64,000 nucleotides of DNA, taken from assembly GCA_965227295.1 (NCBI GenBank), contig OZ245742.1, positions 640,001-704,000 on the forward strand. Direction: 5' to 3'. Positions within the stretch are counted from its first letter, which is position 1. Each line of letters opens with the position of its first letter. A model generated the notes under the pieces. The model was not told where the DNA came from. It saw only the letters and a list, made by a program, of their open reading frames with translations, and did not search any database. Source of the DNA: Leptonemataceae bacterium. Its GTDB lineage: Bacteria > Spirochaetota > Leptospiria > Leptospirales > Leptonemataceae. Below are positions 9,002 to 19,620 of the stretch, one piece after another. A program made the position numbers and the translations under genes.

Positions 9002-10039
9002 TCAGCCCGAACCGATGCGCGGCGAAACGCCTTCGGGCAGCGGGGCCCCTTTTTTCTTGATTACGTGGTAGCGTCCGTCCTTACGCATCACGTGGTGGCC
9101 TAACTTCAGATACTCGTAAATTAGCCGAAAGCGCCGATTGCACATGGACTCATCGTCGCCGGAGAGGAAATAGTCCTCGACTTCACGAAAGACCTTTCGC
9201 AAACCGTCGACCTGGTAAATGTTCTGCAGACCGACGCCCTTGAGTCGCTGCTCGCCGACGAAACGACAGTCGAAGAAATCCCGCACTTTCTGATAGACCG
9301 CTTCCGATACGGTGATCTGCCCTTCGGGGGCCACGGTTTCAATCCGCGAAGCCACGTTTACCGCATGGCCCCAGATATCGAAGGCGATCTTGGAATGGCC
9401 GACCACCCCGGCGACCAGGGGGCCGGAGTGCACGGCCACGCGCATGCCCCAGGCCGTCTCGCCTTTGCCTTCTCGCTGCATCTGCCGCCGATACGTGAAG
9501 CGCATCATCTCCATGGCCGCGAGGATGGTATCGAGGTGTACCGTGCGGGCAGTATGCCGGGACGCGCCGCGCACGCCGCCGACGCAGAGCAACGAATCGC
9601 CGATGGTCTTTACTTTCTCAAGACCGTAGCGTTCGAGGATCTGCTCGAACGCGTCGAAGTAGATCGTCAGCTCCCGCAAGAGTTCCCGGGGCGACATGTA
9701 ACGCGAGAGACGAGAGAAACCGACGAAGTCCGTAAACAAAATGAACGCGTTCTCGTGATGCGCGGGCGTCACCTTGCCGTGGGCCTTGAGTTCTTTGATC
9801 ATGTACGACGGCAGGATGTTATGTAACAGGACGTCCGCCTTGCGTTTTTCGGCGGCGAGCTGGTTGCGATCGGTGTCGGCCAGGTGGCGGAGCAGCTCGC
9901 GCAGCATGCGTTCTTTGTTGTGATGCCGGGAAATGCGACTCAGGGCGCGATAGTAGTCCTCTTCTTTGCGGATCTCCAGCGCTTCTTTTTCTTCCGGAGA
10001 GCGCGGCTCCACGGCTAACTTTTGCAGACGGATGTTCAT
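9002..10039 (-). CDS. Class III adenylate/guanylate cyclase with no recognisable sensor domain
   Basis: LFTDFVGFS, KVKTIGDS, AFDIWGHAVNVASR; adenine-specifying K and D present. Confidence 0.92.
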   Translation of the reverse strand: MNIRLQKLAVEPRSPEEKEALEIRKEEDYYRALSRISRHHNKERMLRELLRHLADTDRNQLAAEKRKADVLLHNILPSYMIKELKAHGKVTPAHHENAFILFTDFVGFSRLSRYMSPRELLRELTIYFDAFEQILERYGLEKVKTIGDSLLCVGGVRGASRHTARTVHLDTILAAMEMMRFTYRRQMQREGKGETAWGMRVAVHSGPLVAGVVGHSKIAFDIWGHAVNVASRIETVAPEGQITVSEAVYQKVRDFFDCRFVGEQRLKGVGLQNIYQVDGLRKVFREVEDYFLSGDDESMCNRRFRLIYEYLKLGHHVMRKDGRYHVIKKKGAPLPEGVSPRIGSG

Positions 10040-10061
10040 ATATTGATCGGCGACGCGGAGC

Positions 10062-10868
10062 TCAGTGGATCTTCATGGCTTCGGCGTCAATGAGGTCCAT
10101 GCCGCAGGGCAGATCCCAGAGGTCCTTCATAATATCGGGAAACTGATTGCCGGGGATGAGCTGGCCGTGCTGCGGGCAAATGCGTTCGGCACCGACGCGC
10201 TCGATCAAGCGCAGCGCATACCGGAGCACACGATTGGAAGGCATGATCAGTTGCATGAACTGCTTCATGTTCTGCATAGCTGCTTCCGTATGATACAGTT
10301 CCCAGTCCGCGCCGAGACCGCCGAGGATATCGCTGGTAAAGAGCGTATTCGTCGTTTTATCCAGGGTCATCATGGCCCCGAAGGAATGCGCGTACGGCGT
10401 CCAGATAAACTCCAGTTCCCGACCGCCCCGGGTGACGTGGCGCACCGAGGTTTCGTGCGGAATGCGCACGAGGTTGCCCTTAATGCCGTAGTGATGAATG
10501 AGATACGAGGTCCCCTGCATGGAAATGATGTCGTGATCGATGTTCTCTTTTAGATCTTCGAAGATCGGTACCGCGGCGCAGAGGTCCGGGTCCTGATGTT
10601 GCAGGATGAACGTGCTCAAAGACTCCGCCGGAACGATGGAAAAGACCTTTCGGGCCACTACCGGAAAGTCCGGCACGGAACCGGCGTCGATGAGAATGCT
10701 CTCGTCGCCGTTCTTAATGAGATAGGGATTGCAGTGAAGCTGCTCGTGCTCGTCGTAAAAACCGACCCAGAAAATATCCGGGGCGATTTCTACGGAGTAG
10801 CGGGTGTCGACCTCAAGCTGGAGGTCCTGGCTGTTCGAATCGCCGCTGATGTGCGTTGCCGATGACAA
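10062..10868 (-). CDS. Metallo-beta-lactamase-fold di-iron protein (ODP-like)
   Basis: CNPYLI, IDAGS, QHQDPDLC, YAHSFG, LFTSDI, CPQHG; no flavodoxin domain. Confidence 0.85.
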   Translation of the reverse strand: MSSATHISGDSNSQDLQLEVDTRYSVEIAPDIFWVGFYDEHEQLHCNPYLIKNGDESILIDAGSVPDFPVVARKVFSIVPAESLSTFILQHQDPDLCAAVPIFEDLKENIDHDIISMQGTSYLIHHYGIKGNLVRIPHETSVRHVTRGGRELEFIWTPYAHSFGAMMTLDKTTNTLFTSDILGGLGADWELYHTEAAMQNMKQFMQLIMPSNRVLRYALRLIERVGAERICPQHGQLIPGNQFPDIMKDLWDLPCGMDLIDAEAMKIH

Positions 10869-10961
10869 TTATCAAGCCTCTATACCAACGTACGACAGGA
10901 GCGTCGAGCGTCCATAATTAAATTACGGACCAGGCCAGCCCTAACTGTTCCCCGCCGAGTA

Positions 10962-12197
10962 TTAGCCGCGGTTTTTGAGAATCTCATGCCCCATCTTATC
11001 CCGCTTGGTTTCTAAGTAGCGGGCGTTGTGGGGGTTCGCTTCGACTTCCAGAGCGACCTTCTCGACGATCTCCAGGCCGTAACCCATGATCGCCGCACGT
11101 TTAGCGGGGTTGTTGGAAATGAGACGCATTTTCGTTATGCCCAGGGCACGTAAGATTTGCGCGCCGACGCCGTAGTCGCGTTCGTCCATCTTGAAGCCGA
11201 GCTTCAGATTCGCTTCTACGGTATCCAGGCCGTCTTCCTGGAGTTTGTAGGCTTTGAGCTTGTTCACCAGGCCGATGCCGCGGCCTTCCTGTTGCATGTA
11301 AAGCACCACGCCCTTGCCGGCGCGATCCACCATCTCCATGGCACGATGCAACTGCCCGCCGCAATCACACCGACAGGAGCCGAAGATGTCCCCGGTCACA
11401 CAGGACGAGTGCACGCGCACGAGCACCGGTTCATCGTCCGCCCACTCGCCTTTCCTCAGTGCCAGGTGCATTTCACCGGAATCCTTTTGCCGAAAGGCGT
11501 GCATCTGAAAATCGCCCCAGTCCGTGGGCATCTGCACGTCGATGACTTCTTCGATCAACGTGTCGTGGCGCAAACGATATTCAATGAGATCTTTGATCGT
11601 GATGAGCTTGAGATCGAAACGCTGCGCGATCTTCGCCAGGTCCGGCAGGCGTGCCATCGACCCGTCCTCGTTCATGATTTCGACGATGACGCCGGCCGGT
11701 TGAAAGCCTGCGAGACGCGCCAGGTCCACCGTGGCTTCGGTGTGCCCGGTGCGCCGAAGCACACCGCCTTCGCGCGCGCGCAACGGAAAGATATGCCCCG
11801 GCTTGCCCAGGTCCTCGGGCCTCGTCGCGGGATCGATGAGCGCGCGCACGGTCTTCGCGCGATCGTGCGCGGAGATTCCCGTCGTGCAACCGTGACCGAG
11901 CAAATCCACGGAAATCGTGAACGGCGTCTCGTAGACCGCCGTATTCGATTGGTTCGTCACCATCATTTGCAACTGTAGTTCGTCGCAACGCTCCTGGGTC
12001 AGCGGCGCGCAAATCAAACCGCGTCCGTGCGTCGCCATGAAGTTGATCGTCTCCGGTGTCACCGTTTCGGCGATGGCCATGAAATCGCCCTCATTCTCGC
12101 GGTCCTCGTCATCCACGACGATGACGAGCTTCCCCTGGCGCAGATCATCAAGGGCTTCCTCAATGGTGTTCAGTTGGATGGGTTCTTGATCGGACAT
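10962..12197 (-). CDS. ribBA: Bifunctional DHBP synthase / GTP cyclohydrolase II
   Basis: [25 protein letters not shown]...[12 protein letters not shown]. Confidence 0.97.
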   Translation of the reverse strand: MSDQEPIQLNTIEEALDDLRQGKLVIVVDDEDRENEGDFMAIAETVTPETINFMATHGRGLICAPLTQERCDELQLQMMVTNQSNTAVYETPFTISVDLLGHGCTTGISAHDRAKTVRALIDPATRPEDLGKPGHIFPLRAREGGVLRRTGHTEATVDLARLAGFQPAGVIVEIMNEDGSMARLPDLAKIAQRFDLKLITIKDLIEYRLRHDTLIEEVIDVQMPTDWGDFQMHAFRQKDSGEMHLALRKGEWADDEPVLVRVHSSCVTGDIFGSCRCDCGGQLHRAMEMVDRAGKGVVLYMQQEGRGIGLVNKLKAYKLQEDGLDTVEANLKLGFKMDERDYGVGAQILRALGITKMRLISNNPAKRAAIMGYGLEIVEKVALEVEANPHNARYLETKRDKMGHEILKNRG

Positions 12198-12334
12198 AAT
12201 CTTACTACTCGCGATAGCCATGACGCCGGCCGCAATCCCGACGGTGACGGGGAGACAGCATCCCGGGCGCTCAATTTACAAGTAAATAAGAATTTCCTTA
12301 CCGGGCGGTCAGAAATTCAAGGGAACGGCGCGCC

Positions 12335-13474
12335 TCACACCGCCGCAGCCGCGAGTTCCCGGCTCACCGCCACCAGGCGTTCCATCTGCTCGCGGGTACC
12401 GATGGTAATGCGCACGAATTCGCCGATACGGCCGCCGCCGAAATAACGCACGAGAATCTTACGCTCTTTCAGTAACTCGAAGAACGCCTGGGCCCCGTTC
12501 ACCGGTGCCTCCCCGGCCGGTAACTTCGTCTCCGCAAAAGCTACCGGCGGTTTCGTAAAAATAAAATTCGCCGACGGGGGCACCGTTTCGAAACCCAGCG
12601 CCTTCAGTTCGGTAACGAGGTAATCACGATTCGCGCACACCGTTTCAATGCGACGACGCAGTTCGTCCTGGTCCTCCCAGGCCGCCAGGGCCGCGACCTG
12701 TGCCAGGCGGCTGACGTTGTACGAATCCCGGACCTTGTCGAACTCGGCGATCAAGTCGGGCGCGGCGATCAGCCAACCGATGCGCTGGCCGGCCAGGCTG
12801 TAAGTCTTCGAAAAGGTACCGCAACAGAGCAAACGCGGGTACTCCGATGTGCCGGCGAACTCCGCGACACGGTGCGCGCCGAAGTCGGCGAAGTCCGCAT
12901 AGGCCTCGTCCGAAAGCGTGAGCGCCGGATTGGCCTGAGCGTACGCGAGCACGTCTTCGCGCGCCTCCACGCGACCTGTGGGGGCATTCGGATTGGCGAA
13001 GACGCTAATCTTTGATGAAGTAAAATTAACGGCCTCTCGCATTCCGTCCCAGGAAATGGACCAGTCCGCGTTCACGTCGACTTCGGCCAGGGTCGCCCCG
13101 ATCATGTCCACCAGGGTCGGGTACAGACTGTACGTCGGTCGCGGAATGACCATGAGATCCCCCGGAGCCAGCACGGAACGAAACAGAATCGACAGCACGT
13201 CGTCCGAGCCGTTGCCGATGAGTACACATTCGGGGCCGCGGCCGAACCTGGCGGCGACGGCCGCACGCAGTTCCGCGGACCGCGGTTCCGGATACAAATG
13301 CAAACGATCGTCGCGCAGCGCTGCTTCCAGGGCGGCACGAACGGCGGGCGAAACCGGAAAGGGGTTTTCGTTCGTGTTGAGTTTGATGATTTCCGGGTCG
13401 TTCAGTTGCAGGCCGGGCACGTAACCGTGCATGGAACGAATGCGCGGAAGAATGAACTCCAGCGGGTCTTTCAT
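12335..13474 (-). CDS. hisC: Histidinol-phosphate aminotransferase
   Basis: KLNTNENPF, GNGSDD, NPNAPTG, DEAY, TFSKTYSLAGQRIG. Confidence 0.92.
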   Translation of the reverse strand: MKDPLEFILPRIRSMHGYVPGLQLNDPEIIKLNTNENPFPVSPAVRAALEAALRDDRLHLYPEPRSAELRAAVAARFGRGPECVLIGNGSDDVLSILFRSVLAPGDLMVIPRPTYSLYPTLVDMIGATLAEVDVNADWSISWDGMREAVNFTSSKISVFANPNAPTGRVEAREDVLAYAQANPALTLSDEAYADFADFGAHRVAEFAGTSEYPRLLCCGTFSKTYSLAGQRIGWLIAAPDLIAEFDKVRDSYNVSRLAQVAALAAWEDQDELRRRIETVCANRDYLVTELKALGFETVPPSANFIFTKPPVAFAETKLPAGEAPVNGAQAFFELLKERKILVRYFGGGRIGEFVRITIGTREQMERLVAVSRELAAAAV

Positions 13475-13476
13475 GA

Positions 13477-14346
13477 TCAGCGCAACTCCGAAAGCATATC
13501 GGCGGCGTGTCGACGCGAGCGGGACTCCGGCAGATGCGCGGCCGCGTACTGTAAATCGGCGCGGGCCTCGTCGCCGCGGCCGGCGGCCTTCAACGAGACG
13601 CCCCGGTAGAAACGCGCGTAGGCGTAATCCGTGTCGCGCTGCTCATCGTATTTCTTCAGGAACTCGTCCCAGTACTTCAACGCCGCCGCGTAGTCCTTCA
13701 GGTCCATGGAAGCCACGGCGCTGTTGTAAAGCGCGTCCCGGCGCTTACCGCGCTCGACGTTGTTACCGGCGTTACCGCGATACGCGCGCAGGAAGTACCG
13801 TCGCGCCGAAGCCGCGTCCCCGCTCTCGTAATAATAAACGCCGGTTTCGAAGTTCAGCAGCACGCTTTCCGGATCGCCCTTGAGTTTATCCAGGAGTTCG
13901 TTCTCACGTTGGCTGCGCCGGTGAATGTCTCGCAATCGCCGGGCAAACACCCGCTTCGGCATGTAACCGTCAATGCGATCCACTTCCGTGCCGTTCGCAT
14001 CGAATACGATGATCGTAGGATAACCCCGCACGCGGTAACGCATCATGAGGTTGCGGTGCTGCTCCCCGTCCAGGCGCACGGGAACGAAGTCCCCCACAAG
14101 CTCCCGGACCTCCGTGCTCGGATAAACTTCCTTTTGCAGCTTTCGGCAGTACCCGCACCAGGGGGCGTAGATATCCAGCAACACCGGCTTGCCCGTACGT
14201 TTCGCTTCGTCGAAGGCGGCGTTCAAGTCGCTCCCCCAGGTAGTCGCCGAAAGACCTGCCGGGACCAGGAGCATTCCGAATAAAAAAGCAAACGCACAGA
14301 AGACTAATCCCCGGCGCGAAGAGTTTCTGTTCTCTCGCGTTAACAT
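13477..14346 (-). CDS. Exported thioredoxin-fold protein with TPR domain
   Basis: Signal peptide; WCGYC; VRGYPT; C-terminal TPR helices. Confidence 0.85.
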   Translation of the reverse strand: MLTRENRNSSRRGLVFCAFAFLFGMLLVPAGLSATTWGSDLNAAFDEAKRTGKPVLLDIYAPWCGYCRKLQKEVYPSTEVRELVGDFVPVRLDGEQHRNLMMRYRVRGYPTIIVFDANGTEVDRIDGYMPKRVFARRLRDIHRRSQRENELLDKLKGDPESVLLNFETGVYYYESGDAASARRYFLRAYRGNAGNNVERGKRRDALYNSAVASMDLKDYAAALKYWDEFLKKYDEQRDTDYAYARFYRGVSLKAAGRGDEARADLQYAAAHLPESRSRRHAADMLSELR

Positions 14347-14368
14347 AACTTTCCCAAATATTACCGCA

Positions 14369-15295
14369 CTACGCCGCCAACTGCGTGGCCGCCGTGTTGT
14401 ACGCGGCAATGATCGCGCGCGTCTTTTCCTGCCCCTGGGGGTTCACGTCCGGATGATACTTCTTCAACAGCTCGCGATAGTGTTTCTTCAATTGTTCCGG
14501 CTCCGGCACGCGATCCGCCGGCAGCTCCAGCACCTGCAGCGCCTCCTTGAGCTCGTCGGGCATGAGCACGTACCGCAGACGCTCCTCTTCGGCGTCCTGC
14601 TCGTCGATCAAACCCAGGTCGACGGCCCGCCGACGGAGCATATCGCGCAACGCCGTTTTACTGAGATCTTCCCAGATGATGTTACGCTGACGGATCTGCT
14701 CGCGGGCGTAGGCGCCGAGGATGGAACGACTCGCGTGATGCGCTTCGACGCCGTAGTGTTCCAGGAAACGCTCCGCGGCGAAGGCGATGAACTCTTCCGG
14801 GTCGAAGCTCGCGTGCACGTAGAAATCCACGGCGTCGGAGAAGTAGCGGCAACCCGAGACGGCCGTTTCCAGCAGTTCCTCGTCGATCTCCCGGCTCTGC
14901 ATACGCGCGAGGCTCACCGAGTGAAAGAACTCCAACCAGTGCAGCAGATGATCTTCGTTGAAATAGTAACCGGCGCGGTGGAATTCGCGCGGGGCCTGGG
15001 CCACACCCTCGTTCATGAGAAACTCAACGAGTTCGCGGGTATTGTGCGGGCCGAAGCCATCGGCGAGTTGATCGGTCCAACCGCCGCGGTCCCGACGACT
15101 GTAAATGTAACGAAAGAACTCTTCGCGGCTCAGCCCGAGCAGGCCGAGTACGAACTCCAGCGGCAAATCCCAGGACTCGCCGATGCGGACGGATTCGATC
15201 TCATCCAACAGCTCTTGAATAAGAGCCGACGGATCTTCCTCCGTCACTCGCGTCGGCACTGCCGGCGGATTCGTCGTGTGTTCCCACGCCTGCAT
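14369..15295 (-). CDS. DnaJ-domain protein (C-terminal J domain)
   Basis: [18 protein letters not shown]; start uncertain (ATG 15295 or GTG 15247); overlaps the hflX 3' end. Confidence 0.8.
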   Translation of the reverse strand: MQAWEHTTNPPAVPTRVTEEDPSALIQELLDEIESVRIGESWDLPLEFVLGLLGLSREEFFRYIYSRRDRGGWTDQLADGFGPHNTRELVEFLMNEGVAQAPREFHRAGYYFNEDHLLHWLEFFHSVSLARMQSREIDEELLETAVSGCRYFSDAVDFYVHASFDPEEFIAFAAERFLEHYGVEAHHASRSILGAYAREQIRQRNIIWEDLSKTALRDMLRRRAVDLGLIDEQDAEEERLRYVLMPDELKEALQVLELPADRVPEPEQLKKHYRELLKKYHPDVNPQGQEKTRAIIAAYNTAATQLAA

Positions 15296-17015
15296 CCGGC
15301 TGACAGTCTGAAGACTCGGGTTGACCCTGACCATTCTTTTTCGATGCCGATGCGCCGCCGGAAGTTTCCGAATTTTCCGGTGGAACATCCGCGCCGAAAA
15401 CACACGCCTCCATGGCAAGCAGCAACTCCTCCAGGTTCTCCCGGGCGAGCGCCGACACACAGAGACCATCCTTGCGTTGCTCCAACACCGCCCGATCTTC
15501 CACAGAAAGACAGTCACTCTTGTTGTACACGCGCAATTGCGGGATGCCCAGGAGTTCCATGCGGGCCAGAATCCCGTGCACCGCTTCGATCTTTTGGTCG
15601 CGCTGAGCCGGCGCGTCCGAAGCGTCGATGACATGCAGCAGGAGATCCGAATCGAACAGTTCCTCCAGGGTGGCCTCGAAGGCACGGCTCAGCTCCGGCG
15701 GCAGATCGTGAATGAAGCCCACGGTATCGGACAGGACGATTTCTTTTTCTTTCGGGAAACGCACCCGCCGGGTCGTGGGATCCAGCGTCGCAAACAAACG
15801 ATCTTCGGAAGTTACCTCGGAGTTTGTGAGCGCGTTTAATAACGTGGATTTTCCCGCGTTCGTGTAACCCACGATCGAAACGATGGGCACGCGATTCTCG
15901 TTGCGGCGGTTGCGATTCAGTTCCCGGCGTTGCTTGAGCGATGACAGTTCCTTTTCCAATCGCGAGATGCGATCGTTCACCCGGCGGCGGCCGATCTCCA
16001 GCTTCGTCTCACCGGGACCGCGCCCGCCGATGCCGCCGGTCAACCGGGACATGTTGTCGTCCTTCTCGGACAGGCGACCTTTTAAGTAACGCAACTGCGC
16101 GAGTTCCACCTGCAACTTACCGTCGCGGCTGCGGGCGTTGCGCGCGAAGATGTCGAGAATCAACTGCGTGCGATCGATGATCTTTAAGTCCGTAATGGCC
16201 GACAGGCGTTGCGCCTGAGCCGGGGACAACTCCAGGTCGAAGATCATCATCTCCGCGTTTTTCTGCACTGCCTGGATCGAAATCTCCCGCGCCTTACCGG
16301 AACCGACCAACGTTACCGGATCCAGCTTCGGCCGGCGCTGGGCGATGGCATCCACCGGCTGCACGCCCGCCGTGAGACACAGCTCTTTGAGTTCGGCCAG
16401 GCTGTCTTCCGGACTGCGCTTACGCCGCATCTCCGGAGTATAGACACCCACGAGCAGCGCCCGGGGCAAATCGCTGGCCCGGCGCAACCGATCTTCTTCG
16501 CGTTCGAAGAGTTCTTCGACGTGGCGCAGGGTGTCCGTAAAGTTCTCCGGTAGTTGTCCCGGTGCATACGGCTTCTCGACGTGATAGCCCGGGTCCTCGC
16601 CGGGCTGCAGGTACGCGTTGTGGAACTTCTCCGGCAAACCTTTGCGGTCCATGGTGATGGCCGTGACGTAGTCCAGCCGCAGAAGTGTGAGGTCGTAGAA
16701 GTCTTCCTGGCTCAGCGCCTCGCGCTTGAGGTGCGTTTTGATGAGGCGGAGCCCGCGCAGCCGGGCGGAGCGATTGCGTTCCAGTTCGGGGATAAAGATG
16801 CGCTGAGCGTCACCTACGGTAAGATAGCGCACATACCCCTGACGATCGACGAGCACGCCGAGCTGCCGATTCAGTTCAAAGGAGAGTTCACAAAGGGAGC
16901 GGGCAAAGTCCTGGGTGACGACGGCGTCGCCGCGGATGCGCCGCTCGGAGATCTTCTTCAGACGTTTGGTCTGATTACTTTTGAGGTCTTGAGTATTTCC
17001 AGTGATGCGGGCGAT
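15201..17015 (-). CDS. hflX: Ribosome-splitting GTPase HflX (long N-terminal form)
   Basis: [47 protein letters not shown]; start probably ATC 17015 (track uses TTG 17036). Confidence 0.95.
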   Translation of the reverse strand: MARITGNTQDLKSNQTKRLKKISERRIRGDAVVTQDFARSLCELSFELNRQLGVLVDRQGYVRYLTVGDAQRIFIPELERNRSARLRGLRLIKTHLKREALSQEDFYDLTLLRLDYVTAITMDRKGLPEKFHNAYLQPGEDPGYHVEKPYAPGQLPENFTDTLRHVEELFEREEDRLRRASDLPRALLVGVYTPEMRRKRSPEDSLAELKELCLTAGVQPVDAIAQRRPKLDPVTLVGSGKAREISIQAVQKNAEMMIFDLELSPAQAQRLSAITDLKIIDRTQLILDIFARNARSRDGKLQVELAQLRYLKGRLSEKDDNMSRLTGGIGGRGPGETKLEIGRRRVNDRISRLEKELSSLKQRRELNRNRRNENRVPIVSIVGYTNAGKSTLLNALTNSEVTSEDRLFATLDPTTRRVRFPKEKEIVLSDTVGFIHDLPPELSRAFEATLEELFDSDLLLHVIDASDAPAQRDQKIEAVHGILARMELLGIPQLRVYNKSDCLSVEDRAVLEQRKDGLCVSALARENLEELLLAMEACVFGADVPPENSETSGGASASKKNGQGQPESSDCQPDAGVGTHDESAGSADASDGGRSVGSYSRAVG

Positions 17016-17054
17016 GGGCTGTTCTCCGTCGCGCAAGAGCGACTCTGAATACTA

Positions 17055-17084
17055 ATAATAGACGGAGTACGCCGCACCGTTCAA
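17055..17084 (-). promoter_or_regulatory. Sigma70-like promoter of hflX
   Basis: TTGAAC-18 nt-TATTAT on the minus strand. Confidence 0.55.
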
Positions 17085-17107
17085 GAATTTTCCGCGCCGG
17101 GCGTGTT

Positions 17108-17362
17108 TTATTTTTCGTAACGGGCCAGGATGCAAATAGCCCGGGCCAGTTCGACGTACTTCAGCCGTGCAAGGTCTTCCACCGTCTTAATGCCGAAGGC
17201 TTCTTCCAGCATTTTAGCGTGGCGGGCCGTCAGGCCGTCCAGGGCGTCAATGGGCGCCTGACTCAATTCCCCGAGAGTATTCTCTTCGTACTCCCGGGTC
17301 ACGGCGCCGCGAATCGAAATCGGTGTGACTTTCTTTTTACTGGTTTTCTTTTTCGAACCCAT
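17108..17362 (-). CDS. Putative nested in-frame 84-aa protein (MGSKKKTSKKK...)
   Basis: AAGGAG 10 nt upstream of the internal ATG at 17362; the domain resembles stand-alone small proteins. Confidence 0.55.
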   Translation of the reverse strand: MGSKKKTSKKKVTPISIRGAVTREYEENTLGELSQAPIDALDGLTARHAKMLEEAFGIKTVEDLARLKYVELARAICILARYEK

Positions 17363-18370
17363 GGCGTAGTTGCTCCTTGCCTTTCGAATAAACTCCCGTA
17401 CGTCGCCCGTACGCCCGTTGCCGCTGACTACCGGCTGCGGCTCCGCACGGACCGCGGTCAGCACGGCCTCGTCCTCATCATCTTCCCCGGCGAGGACCGC
17501 CGCGGCAGACCCGGCTTCGGCCCGGCGCAGCGGGGAAACCTCACCGCCCGTCAGGATCTCAAGGGCCCCGGCTTCCTCATCGTCCAACTGGTGGTCTTCA
17601 CGCCGCGTGTGGCCGCGGAAAAACGCCAGCCATTGATCCGGATAGAGACCAAAGAACAGCATGAGAATGAGCAAGAGAACCGTGAGGGGAATAAAGATCG
17701 CTTCCGTGCTGAATCCGTCGGCGCTTCCCTCCGGATCGCCCGGGGCGGCCTCGGGATTCGATTGCGCCGGTTTGTCGGAGTCGTCCGGACTGTCCGGCGC
17801 GGCGGACAGAGTTGCCCGCGTCGCCGCGTTGATTTTTGCGGCCTTCGCATCGGCCGCGCGGGCTGCCGCACGCCAGGCATGTTCCTCGTCGAAGTAGACC
17901 AGTTCCGCCCGGCGATGTTTTACGCGGGGCTCCCCGGCAAAGACCACGGGCGTTGCCGTCAGCACGCGCCGCGTTTGCAGCCCCAGGCCGGCGAGACTCG
18001 CCTGGACTTCCGTGCCGCGATTCATAGCGACGATGTACGAGGCATCGAAGCCGCCGGTGTCGCAGGCGAAACCCTGCACGAGAAAATAACCGTTCGGCCG
18101 GGCCGAAAAAAACGCGCGCAGTTGTTCGGCCCGGCCCGCGTCGATGTCCGTCGCCTGAAGCGGAAAGTACAAAATGAGCCGGGAATCCGGAGCCTGGGCG
18201 GCCAGGTCGCTCAGCACGGGAAACCAGCCGGGCACGGCAAAAACGGCAGCGAATACGACGATCCGGAGGCGGCGATGGTTGAGTATCTTGAACCGGGACG
18301 CGGGCATAGAAAGCGCAAGCGCGAGACCTGCCCGCGCATATAAATTTTCGGTCTGATCGGCCGGTTGCAC
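17108..18370 (-). CDS. OmpA-like domain membrane protein fused to a small conserved C-terminal domain
   Basis: VQGFACDTGG...MNRGTEV...KHRRAEL OmpA_C-like motifs; one TM; C-terminal APIDALDGL...AFGIKTVEDLA domain. Confidence 0.7.
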   Translation of the reverse strand: MQPADQTENLYARAGLALALSMPASRFKILNHRRLRIVVFAAVFAVPGWFPVLSDLAAQAPDSRLILYFPLQATDIDAGRAEQLRAFFSARPNGYFLVQGFACDTGGFDASYIVAMNRGTEVQASLAGLGLQTRRVLTATPVVFAGEPRVKHRRAELVYFDEEHAWRAAARAADAKAAKINAATRATLSAAPDSPDDSDKPAQSNPEAAPGDPEGSADGFSTEAIFIPLTVLLLILMLFFGLYPDQWLAFFRGHTRREDHQLDDEEAGALEILTGGEVSPLRRAEAGSAAAVLAGEDDEDEAVLTAVRAEPQPVVSGNGRTGDVREFIRKARSNYAMGSKKKTSKKKVTPISIRGAVTREYEENTLGELSQAPIDALDGLTARHAKMLEEAFGIKTVEDLARLKYVELARAICILARYEK

Positions 18371-18431
18371 CGATATTTTCTAGTAATATCGCCCCGCCAC
18401 CGCGGCACGAGACAGAAACGGAACACACGAG

Positions 18432-19052
18432 ATGCAGAACATCGACTTTTCCGCTCACATGCGCCGGACCCCGGGCCGGCCGGAGCCGAAACAGGCCACC
18501 GCCGTCCCGGTGCCGGCCCACGAACTGAGAACCCGCAACCGGGCCTATGTCTGGATTCTCGTCCTGCTGATTTTCGCCTTCACGGCCGGCCTGGTGGCCG
18601 GCCTCCAAATCGGTCGCCTGCGCCACATCGAAGCCAACCTGGTCAGTCGTCCGGACGAAGAGCGCTTCGGCAATTCCGACGAGAGCACGGAATCCGCCCC
18701 AACGTCGAACACCGAGAGTACGTCGTTCGCCAATACCGGCGGCGATCCGGACGAAGGTCGCTTTCTCATTAAGGCCGGAACGTTTGCGCCCAACGCGGCC
18801 GAGTTGCTCGCACGCCGGCTCAACAATCTGCCCGAGCTGGCACAAATCAAACCCGTGAAGTGTAAGAATATTCGCGAAAGTGAACCCGGCCGGTACCTGG
18901 CTTTCCGCGTCCGCCTGAACGACGGCAGTGATCGCCAGAATGTTTTCCTGGGATGTTTTCTTTCTCAGGGGCGTGCGCGGGAAGCACTGGAAGCGGCGAC
19001 GGCCTCCGGTCTGCCCGGACTCTCCGGTGCCCGCCTCTATGAAATCGAATAA
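18432..19052 (+). CDS. Single-TM protein with SPOR-like periplasmic domain
   Basis: TM helix, Ser/Thr linker, FLIKAGTF...VFLGCF...AREAL. Confidence 0.6.
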   Translation: MQNIDFSAHMRRTPGRPEPKQATAVPVPAHELRTRNRAYVWILVLLIFAFTAGLVAGLQIGRLRHIEANLVSRPDEERFGNSDESTESAPTSNTESTSFANTGGDPDEGRFLIKAGTFAPNAAELLARRLNNLPELAQIKPVKCKNIRESEPGRYLAFRVRLNDGSDRQNVFLGCFLSQGRAREALEAATASGLPGLSGARLYEIE

Positions 19053-19148
19053 AACCAATGCCGGTCCGGGCTGCGCCAGTCTAAACAAAAAACTACTTGC
19101 ATAGAGGTGTACACACCTGGTCCATTGCCTGGCAGGAGACTCTGAAAC

Positions 19149-19559
19149 ATGGCAAAGAAGAAGACCGCGAAAAAAGCGGCCAAAAAAACCGCGAAAAAGA
19201 CGGCAAAAACGGCCGCCTCCGGCAAGTACTCGTTAGTCGAAGACGTACTCGACAGCATCATGGAAGTCGCCGAGGTCAGCAAGAAAGGCGAAATCAAACT
19301 CAAGAAGACCGACGTTAAGAACCTGCTGGAAGAATGCTTTCAGCGCGCGGCCGTCGTCGCCACGGGCGGCGAGAAAGTGAGAATCCCGTTCCTCGGCAAC
19401 CTCATGTTCTCCGAAGTGAAAGCACGCAAGGCCGGCAAGGGTGTGAATCCGTTCACCGGCGAGCCCATGGAAATCAAAGCGCGACCGGCATCCCGCAAGC
19501 CGCGTTTCTCTTTCGCTCGCACCGCTAAAGAAACCTTCGCCAACAAACGGAACTGGTAA
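19149..19559 (+). CDS. HU family DNA-binding protein with Lys/Ala-rich N-terminal tail
   Basis: GGAG RBS; VRIPFLG, KARKAGKGVNPFTGEPMEIKARPASRKPRF. Confidence 0.9.
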   Translation: MAKKKTAKKAAKKTAKKTAKTAASGKYSLVEDVLDSIMEVAEVSKKGEIKLKKTDVKNLLEECFQRAAVVATGGEKVRIPFLGNLMFSEVKARKAGKGVNPFTGEPMEIKARPASRKPRFSFARTAKETFANKRNW

Positions 19560-19620
19560 TCATTCGGCGCCGCATTCCCGGCGTTCCCGTTCCACCGACG
19601 TTCCCTCCCGCAAGTTTCCT

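Noticed and set aside
12198-12334. FMN riboswitch upstream of ribBA
   Set aside because: RFN consensus segments are not present
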